Positions 10,832-25,734 of a stretch of DNA of 64,000 bases are shown piece after piece; the stretch's first letter is position 1, and each line of letters begins with the position of its first letter. Source of the DNA: Octopus sinensis (lineage: Eukaryota); NCBI RefSeq assembly GCF_006345805.1, contig NC_043005.1:101618001-101682000 (forward strand), written 5' to 3'. The notes beneath the pieces are model-generated. The model saw only the letters and a list, made by a program, of their open reading frames with translations. It was not told the origin of the DNA and made no database searches. The position numbers were made by a program, and so were the translations under genes.

Positions 10832-11632
10832 CAGAGTATGTTCTTACCATAAAAGAAGCTGACTACTGTTTGAGAGTTAATGGTTGAATGAGAGCTACAG
10901 GGATAATGAAGGATGCTGTCTTCTAGCTCAGTGGTTGCCAAACGTTTTCAGTCTGCCGCCCTCTTGGTTCTAAAACCACATTCCTAGTGGCAACCCCTCT
11001 CACCTCACAGACATAGACCATTTTCTGCAGCAAATTTAAAGCAACGGTATTTCATAAATAAATCTTAACCTAATTAACCTTTTATTTTGTTTGTTTATTT
11101 TTACATCCATTGATCTGTTTTGGTCACCCCATTATCGTCTCATTTTTCTTCAACGTCCTCCTGGATTTTTCCACCGTCCCTAGGGAAGTGGAGTGGCACG
11201 GCCCACTTTGGGAACCACTGTTCTAGCTTATAGTTCATTACTACCAAAATCTATCTGAGTGGAGAAGAATTTATCCAAAATGTTTTGATGCTTATGGAAT
11301 ATCACTCCCCTGTACTGTAGCAGTATTGGAATAGCGCTCACTCTAAACTCCTCTTGAAATTTTTATGCTACTTTTATGATTAAGGTTGGTATCAGCAAAA
11401 AGTTGCCCACTATCCTGTATAAGAGCAAATCCTTAATAACATTCTTTGCAGTGGATTGAAGTGGACTTCGTAAAATCTTCGTATTCCCAGCTTGCTCTTT
11501 TTCTGGTCGCATCATCTCTTCGTTGAGCTAGAAGACAGCATCCTTCATTATTCCTGTAGCTCTCATTCAACCATTAACTCTCAAACAGTAGTCAACTTCT
11601 TATATCTTCTTTTATAGTAAGAATATACTCTG
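10832..11632. mobile_element. MITE with ~100-bp terminal inverted repeats (10832-10928 / 11526-11632)
   Basis: The arms are reverse complements. Confidence 0.75.
10929..11220. mobile_element. Non-autonomous hAT element, nested
   Basis: TIRs CAGTGGTTGCCAAAC / TTTGGGAACCACTG and a perfect 8-bp TSD TTCTAGCT (10921-10928, 11221-11228). Confidence 0.9.
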
Positions 11633-11839
11633 CGGGGTATAAGCAATTCAATCACACCATTCTCTGTGTCTTATTCAAACGCTGTAGATTTGCAAGTGTC
11701 ACAATATGTCACAATATCTTTCTGAGTTTTATGTAGAATTCCCACATCTGGAAAACTTGTAAAGTCACAAACACTATTTGGCCATACATTATTCCAGACT
11801 CCATTCAATGCTGAAAATTGTGCCCGTGCAGTTAATGGA

Positions 11840-12105
11840 GCGGACTTCCATCTCTTCCCCAAGATGAAAATGCAGCTCAAAGGCCGCCGTTTTAACAATG
11901 TTGCCGAGATCCAGCGAATTGCAGAAAGTCCTAGACTCGCTTACGGATAACTTCCAGGCCAGATTCCAGAAGAGGCAGAAACTCTAGGACTGGTGTATTG
12001 ATGTGCAAGGTGACTATTTCGAAGGATGTGATGTTAAACTTAGGCAAAGAAGTTAATTTTTATTAAACATAGCTAGACCCGGAACTTTTTGATATATCGT
12101 CCTAT
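11840..12105 (+). mobile_element. Mariner 3' remnant
   Basis: DFHLFPKMKMQLKGRRFNNVAEIQ...WCIDVQGDYFEG, followed by a TIR-like CCCGGAACTTTTTGATAT. Confidence 0.8.
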
Positions 12106-13032
12106 ATTATTCCTCCTGTAAACTTTTCAAATTTTGATGTTTTGGAAATGTGATTAAACTTTTGTTCCCGCCTCAAGTGTTTTAGTAACATTAATACCCA
12201 GTGTTAGCATTTTTTTTACAGTTTCTTTCTGCAGCTCCTCCATCATTTTCACTTCATGACTTCTACCCAGACATCTTGAATTGCAGATAAATCTATCTCC
12301 GGTAATGATTAATTGCTCACAAATATTTATTGAAAAAATAATTGCACTAAGAAAGAACTGTTTCGTTAGAACACAAATAATTGTTGTCTCATTCCTATCG
12401 ATGTAAGAGTGGTAACGAGAAGGAGAAATGGTGAAAGAGCAAAGCGGGTGGAAGTCCTACGATTACAGCGCATTCAAGGTTTATTAGGCTCATGGATGCT
12501 TCGTCCTTTGCGCTTCTGACTTGAGCCACAGAAACTCGTAGCTCTGCTCTCTGTTTCACATACACACACACACACAGGCACATGCACGCACACACACACA
12601 CGAATACTCACCGTCGTGTTGACAAAGGAAGTGTGTAGCTACTTTCATGCTGATGTTGATATCGTTGCAAATTGCTTACTCAAAATAGGTTGGTAGTGTT
12701 GGAGATGCTGGTGTTGATGCTGGTGAGCTATAACTAGTGATGGAAATGGTCGTATTGTTCTAGTTAATTGCATTGTTTTGCTGATTTATTTCAAGCGAAT
12801 TCTGATTGATTTTAGATCAAAGACATTTCATTCAACTTTTAAAATACACTTGAGTATCACTTCAGCTCACGGGATTGTATTCTATTTCAGATAAGGTTGC
12901 TTACCTTTTCCATAGAATTGTTTGTTACTGTTACTGTTTGTTATTCGGTGTGTTGGTAATTGCGGCGGTTGTATTGGTTTTGGTGTTCACGCAGGTTGTT
13001 TCATCGGTAGTAATAATAGGCTGGTCGTAGTG

Positions 13033-13068
<36 letters not shown>

Positions 13069-13484
13069 CTCTCTCTCTCTCATTCACACACATACACACG
13101 CACACACTCACACATACACACATGTTAATATCGAACAGTGAGAATGAGTATTGTATACAGCATTGATAGGTAAATATTCTTTATTTATGGGTCAACAAGG
13201 CAACCAATGGTTTCATGTGAAGAGATCTTCACAATTATTCAAGCGTGCCATATCAAAGTGTTGATACTCATATCCATTTTGAACGTAGATATTCCCTTCT
13301 AAAATGAAGAAATTGTAGATTTTCTGTTCTCAGAATGCATCTTGGTTCCGCTTGAGAGAAAATACTGACAATATTCCGTGATTAATGGGATATAATAAGT
13401 AACTTCTATACGTGTTAAATCTATCTATTTATCTATCTATCTGTTTGTCTTTTTGTCTGTCTCTTTATGTGTGTGTGTGCGCAC

Positions 13485-13537
<53 letters not shown>

Positions 13538-13659
13538 CGCATTTGTATACACACACACGCATACACATACATATATAAGTATGGACCTTATGTGTGTGTA
13601 TATATATATGTGCGTGTGTGTGAGTGTGTATATGTGTGTGTTGGTTTCTCACTTACCTG

Positions 13660-14226
13660 AGGTATACTGATAATTTAGTACGGATGAAGAACGAATGTAT
13701 TCCTAAACATATTTTGTTTAGTGGAGTATTTGCTGGGAGGCAAAAACGGTGATGAAACAAAACACTATATAGTAACTTGATAACTAAAAACTACTATTGA
13801 GGAGGTGATAACACCATACAAAGATAGTGAATAAATTGGTGTTATCACATGGAGATAGCGCGTAAAAAGTCTGGTCTGAGGTAAAACATTTTTGAAAGGA
13901 AACGAAGGTATGCAAAAATGAAAAGAGAACTATGGGAAAATAACTAATGTATCACAGAATTTGTGTCATACTTCAGTTGCACAACATATGGTAACCTGTG
14001 CCCTTTCTAAGGCTGGTTAAAGTTTATATATCAGAACTCATCTTCATGTAGCTGGCTCAGATAACATAAAGATCACTCCACCAAACACGCTCATATAACA
14101 CGCTTGTCTAAAAAGACATTCAAATATCCGTAAATGAGAAAAGACAAACAATACTGTACTATCTCAGGTGAGATATTGACTGTAGTACATATCTCAAACA
14201 GCTCCAGGGATTCAAAAGCCAGATGC

Positions 14227-14230
<4 letters not shown>
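13660..14230 (+). mobile_element. Decayed RTE-clade LINE 3' fragment
   Basis: LVRMKNECIPKHILFSG resembles the RTE ORF2 C-terminal GHLVRM..RIPK.LLFGE motif. Confidence 0.55.
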
Positions 14231-14316
<86 letters not shown>

Positions 14317-14376
14317 TATTTATATATGTATATGTAATACATGCACACACATACGCACATACACATATATATATAT

Positions 14377-14657
14377 TCTTTTATTCTTTTATTTGACTGC
14401 GGCCATGCGGGACAAATCGACCCCAGGACTTATTCTATAGGTATCTTTTCCCGAACCGCTAAGTTACAGGGACGTAAACACACCAACATCGGTTGTCAAG
14501 CGATGGTGGTGAGAGAAATACACACACACACACACGCACACACTCATATACGACGAGCTTCTTTTAGTTTCCGCCCACCAAATCCACTCGCAAGGCTGAA
14601 TCCGGTATCATGTTGTTGGTAAGCAAACCGCTTACCACATAGCCACTCCTGCACCTA
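14377..14657 (-). mobile_element. SINE family A (internally deleted)
   Basis: Head and tail homology with an internal (CA)n. Confidence 0.85.
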
Positions 14658-14714
14658 TATAAATATAAAATATTGAGGTGGTTATTCGTAATTTAGAACG
14701 AAGAGGCTACAAGT

Positions 14715-14927
14715 ATAGTCATGACTAAAGTGACGGAGGGTGCTAGTCCACACCAGCATTGCTAGAAATAAGAGTCAAAACAACTCTTAGCCACGTGTAA
14801 GTAGCTTTCTAACGACCCCTTGTGAATCCTTAGAAAAGTGCTCTCACGTGGCTAAGAATTGATTTAACTCTTATTTCTAGCAATACTACTGTTCACTAGC
14901 ACCATCCGTCACTTTAGTGATGACTAT
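14715..14927. mobile_element. Fold-back MITE with ~80-bp arms
   Basis: atagtcatgactaaagtgacgg...ttagccacgtg versus cacgtggctaag...ccgtcactttagtgatgactat. Confidence 0.75.
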
Positions 14928-14928
14928 G

Positions 14929-14970
<42 letters not shown>

Positions 14971-16189
14971 AGAGTTTGTATATGTGTGTATGTGTATGTG
15001 TGTGTGTGTGCATATGTTCTTTATGCATTCCAAAACCGAGTTGCCGATTTTGACGTATGGGGTACCAAATGATTCAGTAAGTTTTTGACTACCTATATTT
15101 TCATTCACATATTTGTATTAGAAAAGTTTAAGATGTCATTTTTTTTTCAGTCACCTATCATAAACAACATTCTTATATCACCACCACATCGAGGATGACG
15201 TCACATTTTCTATCTGACTGTGTTCGCGCGTTCGTTACGTACGTCAGGCTGATGACTGACAAGTACATGTCTGTCAGTGTACACACATTTTTGTGACAAC
15301 TGACACACACAGAGACAGAGATAGGATTCAGGTGTGCGTTAATGAATGTGTGTCTTAGTTTATGTATGTAACTTTCTCTCGCCTAACAGTGAAAGGCGCC
15401 GATATTGAAAGTTTAGATGCGGCCTGGACTTTAAACGAACAACAGCGTTTACTTTGAAGTATTACTAACATGAAGATTTGGCTGATTCAACACCACTCAC
15501 AATACTCACAAATATATGAAAAAGAAAATGTCATTCTGTTTATTATTCGGAAACTTGGCAAAGTAGAAAGCCTCAGCGGCTTTTTCAATATATTTACAGA
15601 AAAGTTATTCCACTTCTAACCAGGTTCAAGATGATCTTTAACAGTCCTCCTAAGCTTCTTCAACTCTGTGATTATCAACGTCGCACAACCCTTTTACTTC
15701 GTTCGTCAATATTTATTCTACAGCCTATAACGCTACACAAGTAATAAAAAAACATATAGTAATGTCAAATTAATTTATATCTTGCTACATACATCCTTCA
15801 GGAAATATTTTAAATTAATGTTCACAACAACAGCAACTGCCTTTCTATACACTTGGTTTAGCGTTCGTTTCAAAATTGTAAAATGAATTATTTTTGCATG
15901 AAAAATTGAATTATGCCTTCTGAAATTTCTTGGACTTACACTTTCTTCACCGTGATATTCAATCGTGAATTTTATAACATTCAGTACAGGTTCCAAATAA
16001 ATGTTGACTTTCTGTACTTTGTGACAAATAGTAACTTTTGCTGAACTGGTGACTTTGCAATTTTTTTATAGTATATGCTAAAGAAAGTATGTTTTGCGTC
16101 GATATTGACTACATTTCGTTTCGCTTGAACTTCGTATGTGTACATTTTGCTGTTTTCAATATTATCAATTCTATGAGTGCGTGTGTGTG

Positions 16190-16470
16190 TTTCTGCATTC
16201 GTTACGTCTATACTAAACCATAATAAAGAATGCTTTACGCTGTTTAATGGGCCCACATCTAATGAAGTAATCACCCTTATGGTTGGTGATCCCAACGAAA
16301 ATCTTGATACTCTCATTCATATTCGAGATAGCAAACTTAAATGTGTTTCACAGACTCATCCCTCTTACTATGCTCCCCAGTATACTATTATTCTGTGGAG
16401 TGGACAAGATGGGTATCTTTTTAATATTCCATGGATTGAACCTGCAACAGAACAATCAAATCAATTACAC
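16190..16470 (+). mobile_element. Helitron Rep/helicase-associated fragment (decayed)
   Basis: FNGPTSNEVITLMVGD...RDSKLKCVSQTHPSYYAPQYTIILWSGQDGYLFNIP resembles Helitron FNAPTSNEVA...ISETHRSYDALQYPL.F..GEDGY. Confidence 0.65.
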
Positions 16471-17151
16471 ATGTCAAGTAAACTTTATTTTCATTTAAAT
16501 ATTTTCTATGTTATCTCAACAACCAGCTGTAGTTATTTCAAATACACTTCTCTACAACGACCACGTTTCATTACAAAATGAAAATAGTTTCACACTTTCA
16601 ATTTGAACCAAAATTACAAAGTGTTACATTATGAGAGTGATGATGTGTGAATAATGAAAGTAAAATTTCTCCGAATTAATCACATCTGTATTATGATAAA
16701 GAAAGCTGCTTATCCACCAATTAAACTATGTCTTTGACTCAACAACTCTTTTTTACAACTAAAATAACCTTGTCAACTAGGTTGGGTCGCACAATTTTGA
16801 GGTCATATTCGGACAATTTTTCGATTTTCTTCCAATGTTTCGTCCGATGTTTCATGCATGCGTAGAATTCTAATCAAACAAACAGTTATGAAAATGTACA
16901 TATAAATATTGTATTAAAATAAGCCACATCCCTGAAAGACATCCATTTTTTTATATGTTATGAGGGACTATAGTAACACATACGCTCTCTCTTTCTCTCA
17001 CGCACAAAAAAGATGTATGCGTATGTATTTATGGGTGAAGGTAAACAATACGCACTCCTGGTGTTTAGGGTTAGGGTTACGCCGAAAACGGGTGGTGTGC
17101 GTATTCTTTACCTCCGCTATATACGTGTATATGAAAAATTATGTGTGTGTG

Positions 17152-17192
<41 letters not shown>

Positions 17193-18291
17193 GAGAGAGA
17201 GAGAACGAGTGAGTGCCAATTACACGCAAAAAATTCATACATCACAACACACACCTTCACCCACTCACTCTCTCTTTCTCTCTCTCTTTCACGCGTCTAT
17301 TTCATATACACGTACATCTTACACTTTCACCTCTCTTTTACTTTCTCCCCGCACCTCAAATTATATGTCACCTTTTCGCTTTATCCTCTCTTTCAATTTA
17401 TGTTCTCTTCAAAGCATACAGAAATTAAAACAATTTTATGAAATTTTACGAACAATCATATGATAACATATATGTCGAGTTAACAACTTTGCTTCTTCAA
17501 ACGAGGAATGCCAAGCACTCAAGGTAAAACTTCTGTGTCAATTATGTTATTTATTGCAGTGTTCACCCGCAAATTTACAGCTCAAATCCGATTGAAATGG
17601 TCTTTTTCTATTGTGTAATTTGTGTTTATGATGAACATATTTAAAAACCTGATCTTCGATATAAAGTTAAAAGGATGCTTTCCCAGAAATTCTGTCCTTT
17701 GTCTCTTCTTTCTAGCATGTCCGAGGTGACATTTCCGCCGACTACTTATTTTAATTCCTAATTTCTTTCCAATTCCTATGTTTGCGATACAAGAGATTAG
17801 GGTTTCACCAACAAAATACGTTCTCAATATTTAATTTTCTCCTTCTCGCACCAAATTCAAGTTTTCTTTTTCCAAATATTTATTCTTGGTAATCCATGGA
17901 GAAAAAAAAACAGACAGTACGAAACTTCAAGAATTTTACCCATCACCTCACCACTTTCAAAAAGTTACACACTCCTAATGTTTTACTTTTATTTTCTTTT
18001 GAAAATGGGGATGTTTCTTCAGAAACAATCTCGTTTACTTGTTGTTTCTAGCATGTCGGGTTTTCTGGTGGTGGTCTGGTATATTTGAAGTCGACCATCT
18101 CAGCCAAAAGTGAAATATTGGGAGATTTCAACTTTTTGAAAGCTGGTAGGTGATGGGTGGGCGATGTGGACGAAGAAGTGTTGAGTGTTTCTTGAGGAAA
18201 AATTGAACTATGACATACATACATACATACATCCATACATACATGCATACATACATACATACATACATACATACATACATACATACATACA

Positions 18292-18327
<36 letters not shown>

Positions 18328-18560
18328 TATATATATGTATATATATAAATTTGGTATATGATAAAAGTTTCAGATATTTGGCTTAAACATTCAGACAAGC
18401 AAATTCATAATTCAGATGTCTGACATGATATATTATTCCATTCAAATAATCACTTATTTATATTAAAACTTAGATGATGAAAATATACAAATATAAGAAT
18501 ATGAACGTAATAAATATAAAGTATAAAAATATAAGGACTAACATGAAAGTGGAAAATACC

Positions 18561-18955
18561 TATTTCTTTACTACGCACAAGGGGCTAAACATAGAGGGGA
18601 CAAACAAGGACAGACAAACGGATTAAGTCGATTACATAGACCCCAGTGCGAAACTGGTACTTTATTTATCGACCCCGAAAGGATGAAAGGCAAAGTCGAC
18701 CTCGGCGGAATTTGAACTCAGAACGTAACGGCAGACGAAAAACCTATTTCTTTACTACCCACAAGGAGCTAAATACAGAGAGGACAAACAAGGACAGACA
18801 CACAATTTAAGTCGATTACATCGACCTCAGTGCGTAATTGGTACTTTATTTATCGACCCCGAAAGGATGAAAGGCAAAGTCGACCTCGGCGGAATTTAAA
18901 CTCAGAACGTAACGGCAGACGAAATACGGCTAAGCATTTCTGCCAGCTCGCCACC
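18561..18955 (-). mobile_element. tRNA-derived SINE family B with an internal duplication
   Basis: Reverse complement of ggcgagctggcaga...gagttcaaattccgccgaggtcgactttgcctttcatcctttcggggtcg; the body is present twice. Confidence 0.9.
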
Positions 18956-19368
18956 TTGTGGTGGGTCAATATTATCTCCACACACTTCTTGCAGTCTCTT
19001 ATAACTTCCCTCTTCATGACGTTAATCACGTAAATAATAGCCTATTGGAATATTCCATTTTGCGTTGATATATTTTATTTATCCATACTAATATAAGAGA
19101 GCGATAATTTAAGGTAAAATATTTGTGTATAAGTATTCATAGGAACTAATCCAGGTCTTATAAAAATAGTTTTAAATTTTAAAGGTTAACGAATTTAAAG
19201 TTGCTAAATATTCATGCTTACAACATACTAAAACATATGTAATTTTATTTAGTAAGTTTTTATTTCTATTACTAGCATATAGTATACTATTCGATTCGTT
19301 TATGCAATGCCTCTAAATTTAGGCTCAATTATAGACACAAATAATAATTGATACAAACTTAGTAATAG

Positions 19369-19399
<31 letters not shown>

Positions 19400-19508
19400 T
19401 TATATGTATGTATATATATATGTATATATTTATATGTATATATATATGTATATATTTATATGTATATATATATGTATATATATATGTATATATATCTATA
19501 TATCTATG

Positions 19509-19604
<96 letters not shown>

Positions 19605-19620
19605 TATATACATATATATA

Positions 19621-20010
19621 TGGCAGCGTGTGGTTTAGTGGTTAGGGAGTTGGACTCATGATTGTAAGATTGTGGTTTCGATTCCTGGACCGGGCGTTAC
19701 GTTGTGTTCATTCACGTTGCTCCAGTCCACTGAACTGGCAAAAATGAGTAACACTGCGATGGAACGGTGTTCCGTGCAGGTGGGGAATTTCTACGCCACG
19801 GAAACCGGGAAACCGGCCCTTATGAGCCTGGCATGGCTCGAGAAGGAAACATTTCTTGTGTGGAGGCTCATGGCCTAGTGGTTAGAGCAGCAGACTCGCG
19901 GTCGAGGGATCGCACGCTCGAATCTCAGACCGGGCAATGTGTTTGTTTATGAGCGAAACATCTAAAATCCACGCGGCTTCTGCAGAAGGTAATGGCGAAC
20001 TTCTACTGAC
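19621..20010 (+). mobile_element. Composite tRNA-derived SINE (two tRNA-like heads)
   Basis: A-box/B-box-like tggtttagtggttagg...ggtttcgattcc, then tggcctagtggttagagc...ctcgaatctc. Confidence 0.75.
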
Positions 20011-20817
20011 TCTTTCACCACAACTTTTATATATATAGATATATATCTATATCTATCTATATATATATATTGTTTTGTAGGCAGCGAATTGGCTGAGTCA
20101 CTAAAAGGGATTCATAAAATCAGTTGTTTCACTTCTTGTGACTCCCTCATTATTTAGACTTTAAATTATGCTGAGGTCAGTTTTGGCTTACAGAATTGTT
20201 GGGGGTGATAAAATCATCTGTCTTTCACCCACTCTTTTATTTTTTCTTAGTTCTTCTAATATCCTCCTTCTTAGGATTAGCAATTTCGAAACATGTGAGA
20301 GCTTGGTGGAATATCATTCACAAAGTTCATTTCATAGTTAAACTCTGAACATCTAGTTTCCATCAAGTTCTCATAGAAAATCTAATATCTTACTAGAACC
20401 AACCATTATGCAATGCCGCACGGAACAGATATATGGAGCATGAATGCCTGCATGTATATCTGTATGTATGTATGCGTGTATGAGTGCACGCATGAATGTA
20501 AGTGTATGTATGTATGTATGTATGTATATATGTATGTATGTATGTATAAACGCAAGTATGTGTTGGTGTGCTTATATAAGAAATATAGATAAAGAAGGAT
20601 GACAGAAGATTAAACACGTGATAGTAATAGAGTGTCACATGATATATGATTACATTGCATTTACATGTATGATAACTTAAACACGGTATATTTCACTTTG
20701 CTAAATTATTCATAGCGTATTATAATGCACGAACATATTCCCTATATAAAATAAATATGTATCTACGAGTTCACACACATACACAGAGAAAAACACACAA
20801 AACACACGTACACACAG

Positions 20818-20877
<60 letters not shown>

Positions 20878-21147
20878 ACAAAACACACAAGCCTATACAT
20901 GTATAAATAAAAATGTATATTCATATTTATCTCTGTATTTATACATCGCATACATTTCCATGTATGCATGTATTTATTTATGTATGTATGTATGTACGAA
21001 TGTATATATGTATGTATGCATCTTTATCCTATAAACACGCGATTGAATATTTTTCTCTTTCTCTTCTCTATCAAGGGTTTCCGATATATAAGTTGCTTTC
21101 ATTTTAAATTTGCAAGTATAAAAGAAATGTATATATACATATATATA

Positions 21148-21241
<94 letters not shown>

Positions 21242-21918
21242 GTGCATGTATACATATGTGTATGTGTGTGTGTGTGTGTGTGTGTGTATTCATATTCCAT
21301 GTTAAATAAACGACAATATATAATTTTCATATAACACGGTAAATATATAATATATGAGATATGCATACGTAAGTACGCCTATAATAGCGCACATATCCAA
21401 TTCTATACACGATATACTATAGGCATAATTTGCATATATTTACATGTATTAGATCTGAAATTCCTAATAGTTTATATCCGTTCCCTTTTATAGATATTTT
21501 AAATAAATGTTGTATGCAATTGTATCAAATACATATTTAGAAATTGTTGATGTCTAAGATATAAAACTTCTGAACAGTGTGGTGGTTTTGCTTAGCGATA
21601 CGCAGACCCCACTGTGTGTGTTTAGCATTAAAGGTTCCAGCTATGGCCATCTCATATGTATTTGGAAAATTTTATTACTGTCCAAATCTCCGACCAATCA
21701 CATACAGCTAGCTGGCATTCAATTGGCGTATCAAGTTTCAGGCATTTTGATTGGGTTTTGGATAGAAAATTCACAAAAAAGTCTCTTCTATTGATTTTTT
21801 TATGGCTTTGCTGGGTGACTGGGGAAATGTAAAGATTGCAGGACCACCCTTGGACAGTTTTGAATGACCATAGAAAGTGCAAGCCTTCTAACTGAAAAAT
21901 TGTGGATTTGTATAAAGG

Positions 21919-21965
<47 letters not shown>

Positions 21966-23267
21966 ACACACACGCACACATTTTGCCGTTTATATATATA
22001 GAGATGTTTCCACCCTTTTAAGATGTTAGATTGTAAACTGAGAAAGGAGTAACTACTATTATTACTCAGACAGTGCAGAAATATATAAACTTCATACTTT
22101 GGTAGATAGTAGCCATATTGGAAATATATGAGGAATACTTCCGGTCAATACTATCTGCAGACAAAACCCCTTGTGATGACTCTACGCATCCGGTAATGGA
22201 TCTGGTGATGTTTTCCACCATTCGTAACTTTTAAATACTAACGTGGTACTGTAGATAAACTATACTGTGCAACAATAAGTCTCTTATGCTATGATATATG
22301 ACAAAAGCGCTAATTTCAGACCAACAGCACAATTTCTTCCTACGACAATCGTTGGACAAATTTTGGAAGTTTGAAAACCTGTTCTTAATTCATCTTGAGT
22401 ACAGAAGAAATTTGTATAAGGCATGCGTTTCCCAAAAGACCCTTAATTAATATTGCACACATGTTCTAGAGCATAACCCCCTTCAACGTTTACTGTCTTC
22501 AATTCCTATATGTCAGCGGCAGGACTATCTGCATCAGTAATAATGCGCAAAATAAAGCACAACTTTTCAAAGGGACTCTACTATTCCAAAAGTTTTCACG
22601 CCAGAAGTTTCATTTTCTCTCTTACAGTAATTCGTCACACAAATATTCATCGCCTTTCCTTAGAAAAACTATTGCATTTCTCGGTGCAATGTGTCCAGTC
22701 TATGTATGTATGTATGTGTATGTATGTATGTATGTATGTATGTATGTATGTATATATGTATGTATGTATTTATGTATGCATCTCAGTATGTATATATGTA
22801 TGTATTTATGTATACACATACGAATATAAACGCAATCATAAGTGTATATATATCTACACGTGTGTGCATACACACATATATTTCAGTATTCACAGTGTGC
22901 CCGTACGTGGGCAAATATGTGTGTATGTGTTTGTGTATGTGTTTGTATGTGTGTCTATGTGTGTTTCCAGGCAGTTTAAAACTTGGAAGAAAAATTAAAA
23001 TACTGGCGATAAGGAAGACTTCCTTCTGTGTATGTGAGTGTGTATATATATACATAAATACACAGATATACATATATAAATATATATGCACATACTCATG
23101 TATGCATATTTAGTTATGTATGTGTATATACATACATGCATAAGTATATATATATATATATATATATACAAACATACCTACGTACTTATGTATATATATA
23201 TTATATTATATTATATTCCATTATATATATATATGCATATATATGTATATGTACATACTTATATACA

Positions 23268-23306
<39 letters not shown>

Positions 23307-23380
23307 AATTATATGACAGTAGAGGCAGAGTGGAACAAAGAGACACACATGCAGAATGACATATGTAGGGAAGGCGAGAA

Positions 23381-23450
<70 letters not shown>

Positions 23451-23731
23451 ATGAGAGAAAAGGATGGAAGAGATGGAGGTGAGAGAGGGTGCCAAGAGGT
23501 ATAATGGGTTTAGTTGGTTATTTTCTAAATGTCCAAACAGAAATGATGTATATAGATAGTGTGTGACAGGTGAGAAATGTGTTATTGGCGTAGAGAGCAC
23601 GGCAGCGGTGATGGTTCTGGTGATGGTGGTGATGGTGGGGATAACATTGATAGTAGTATTTAGTAGTAGTGTTGTGGTAATGGTGTGGTGGAGGTGATAG
23701 TTTGGTTACTGTTGGTGGCGCTAGTGTTTTG

Positions 23732-23768
<37 letters not shown>

Positions 23769-23959
23769 CTGTGTACGCGCGTGTGTATATGTGTGTATAT
23801 GGAGTCTTGATGATTGGGATTTTGATGGAGATGTTTTATTTGGTGGTGCTGATGGTGGTGGTGCCGCTGGTGGTTGAAGTAATGGTGGGGAACAGGCGTG
23901 ACGGTTCAAGGTGACGAGAATAACGCTAGCTATGCTACTGCCGTTGTTGTTACTGCTGT

Positions 23960-23968
23960 TGACGATGA

Positions 23969-24051
<83 letters not shown>

Positions 24052-24076
24052 GTGATGACGACGACGATGATGATGA
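23960..24076. repeat. (GAC)n/(GAT)n microsatellite
   Basis: Direct inspection. Confidence 0.95.
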
Positions 24077-24771
24077 TATTAATATGCTAGTCATGTGACA
24101 TCTCCAACTACTTACATATTCAGCACAACTCAATTATCTTGACCTCTGCTGTGATGGAATCTGAAGATTTCATTACAAAGACTGTATTTTCAGTCAAAAC
24201 CGTTTCTTTTTCTGACATATATACACTCATTTCAAAGCTTGCAATTCTCCAGTCAGTTTAGCATCTATTTTTCTTTCTTATTTATTCCCCAGACTCTGAA
24301 GATGTGTGACCTTCAACTATGGAATACAACATTGCCTTATTCTCTCTTCACTATCCACGCCTCCACTTGCACGTCATTAGTTCCTGACGATATGCGCGTC
24401 TATGTATGTGCATATACGTACATAAGTTGCTTCTCTGTACGTCTGAAAGTATATGCATACGGTTATCTGTATTTGTTTACATGTATATGTTTATACATAG
24501 TTTTTCGTGTGCGTGTGTGTCTGTGTGTTAAGTGGAAATGTATTCACAAGATAAAAAGGATATAGGTGTATAAAGAAGCAGTTAAGAAAATAGGAAACTA
24601 AGTTATGCGTCTAGAATACCTTCAGACAATTGGTGATTATATTAAATACAGAGAGAACAGTTTGCACGTACACACACACGTGAGCGCACGCACACACACA
24701 CACATATACATACAAAGAGATATGCGTGTGTGTGTATGTATGTAATATATATATATATATATATATATATA

Positions 24772-24991
24772 CTTTACTCTTTTACTCTTTTACCTGTTTC
24801 AGTCATTTGACTGCGGCCATGCTGGAGCACCGCCATTAGTGGAGCAAATCGACCCCGGGACTTATTCCAGCGGTCTCTTTTGCCGAACCGCTAAGTGACG
24901 GGGACGTAAACACACCAGCATCAGTTGTCAAGCAATGCTAAGGGGACAAACACAGACACACACACACACACACACACACACACAACACACA

Positions 24992-25058
<67 letters not shown>

Positions 25059-25219
25059 TACGACAGGCTTCTTTCAGTTTCCGTCTACCAATCCACTCAG
25101 AAGGCTTTGGTCGGCCCGAGGCTATAGCAGAAGACACTTGCCCAAGATGCCACGCAGTGGGACTGAACCCGGAACCATGTGGTGGTTAGCAAGCTACTTA
25201 ACACACAGCCACTCCTGTG

Positions 25220-25222
<3 letters not shown>
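24772..25222 (-). mobile_element. SINE family A with internal (CA)n(TA)n
   Basis: Near full-length homology to 55595-56028. Confidence 0.92.
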
Positions 25223-25301
<79 letters not shown>

Positions 25302-25734
25302 TTATTTATATATATACATGTGTGTGTATAGCCTTCATTCTTTCTGGTATTCTCTACAACCATTCCCTTTTTTTCTCTCCCTTTCTCTTGCTCCTCCTCT
25401 TCCGTCCCGTCGTTGACCCGCGACGAGACCTCTGCTACTGCCTTTCTGACCTGGCTTCCTTCAAGTGTGGATGGCTTTCCTGTCTCTCTTGCCTTCCTCA
25501 AAAGCGTTCATAATATTTTTTCTTTCGTTCTGGCTTAACAGCTCTCAATGTTTGTGTTACTGTTATTCTCCTTCTCCTGTCTTTTACTGTTTATATTTTG
25601 TACTGTCTTTACTGTCCTGTTTTTGTTGCCATTTTTACCCCTCCGCAAAAAAAAATCTCAAATTCTAATTAATTTGCTTTTTGCGGGAAGGAATGTTTCA
25701 AAGAAGTCGTGTCTCGCCTTGACCTTCCAAACGC

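Noticed and set aside
19621-19700. tRNA genes at SINE heads (also 30968, 32342, 35608)
   Set aside because: They have A/B-box-like motifs but continue into SINE bodies without an acceptor stem.
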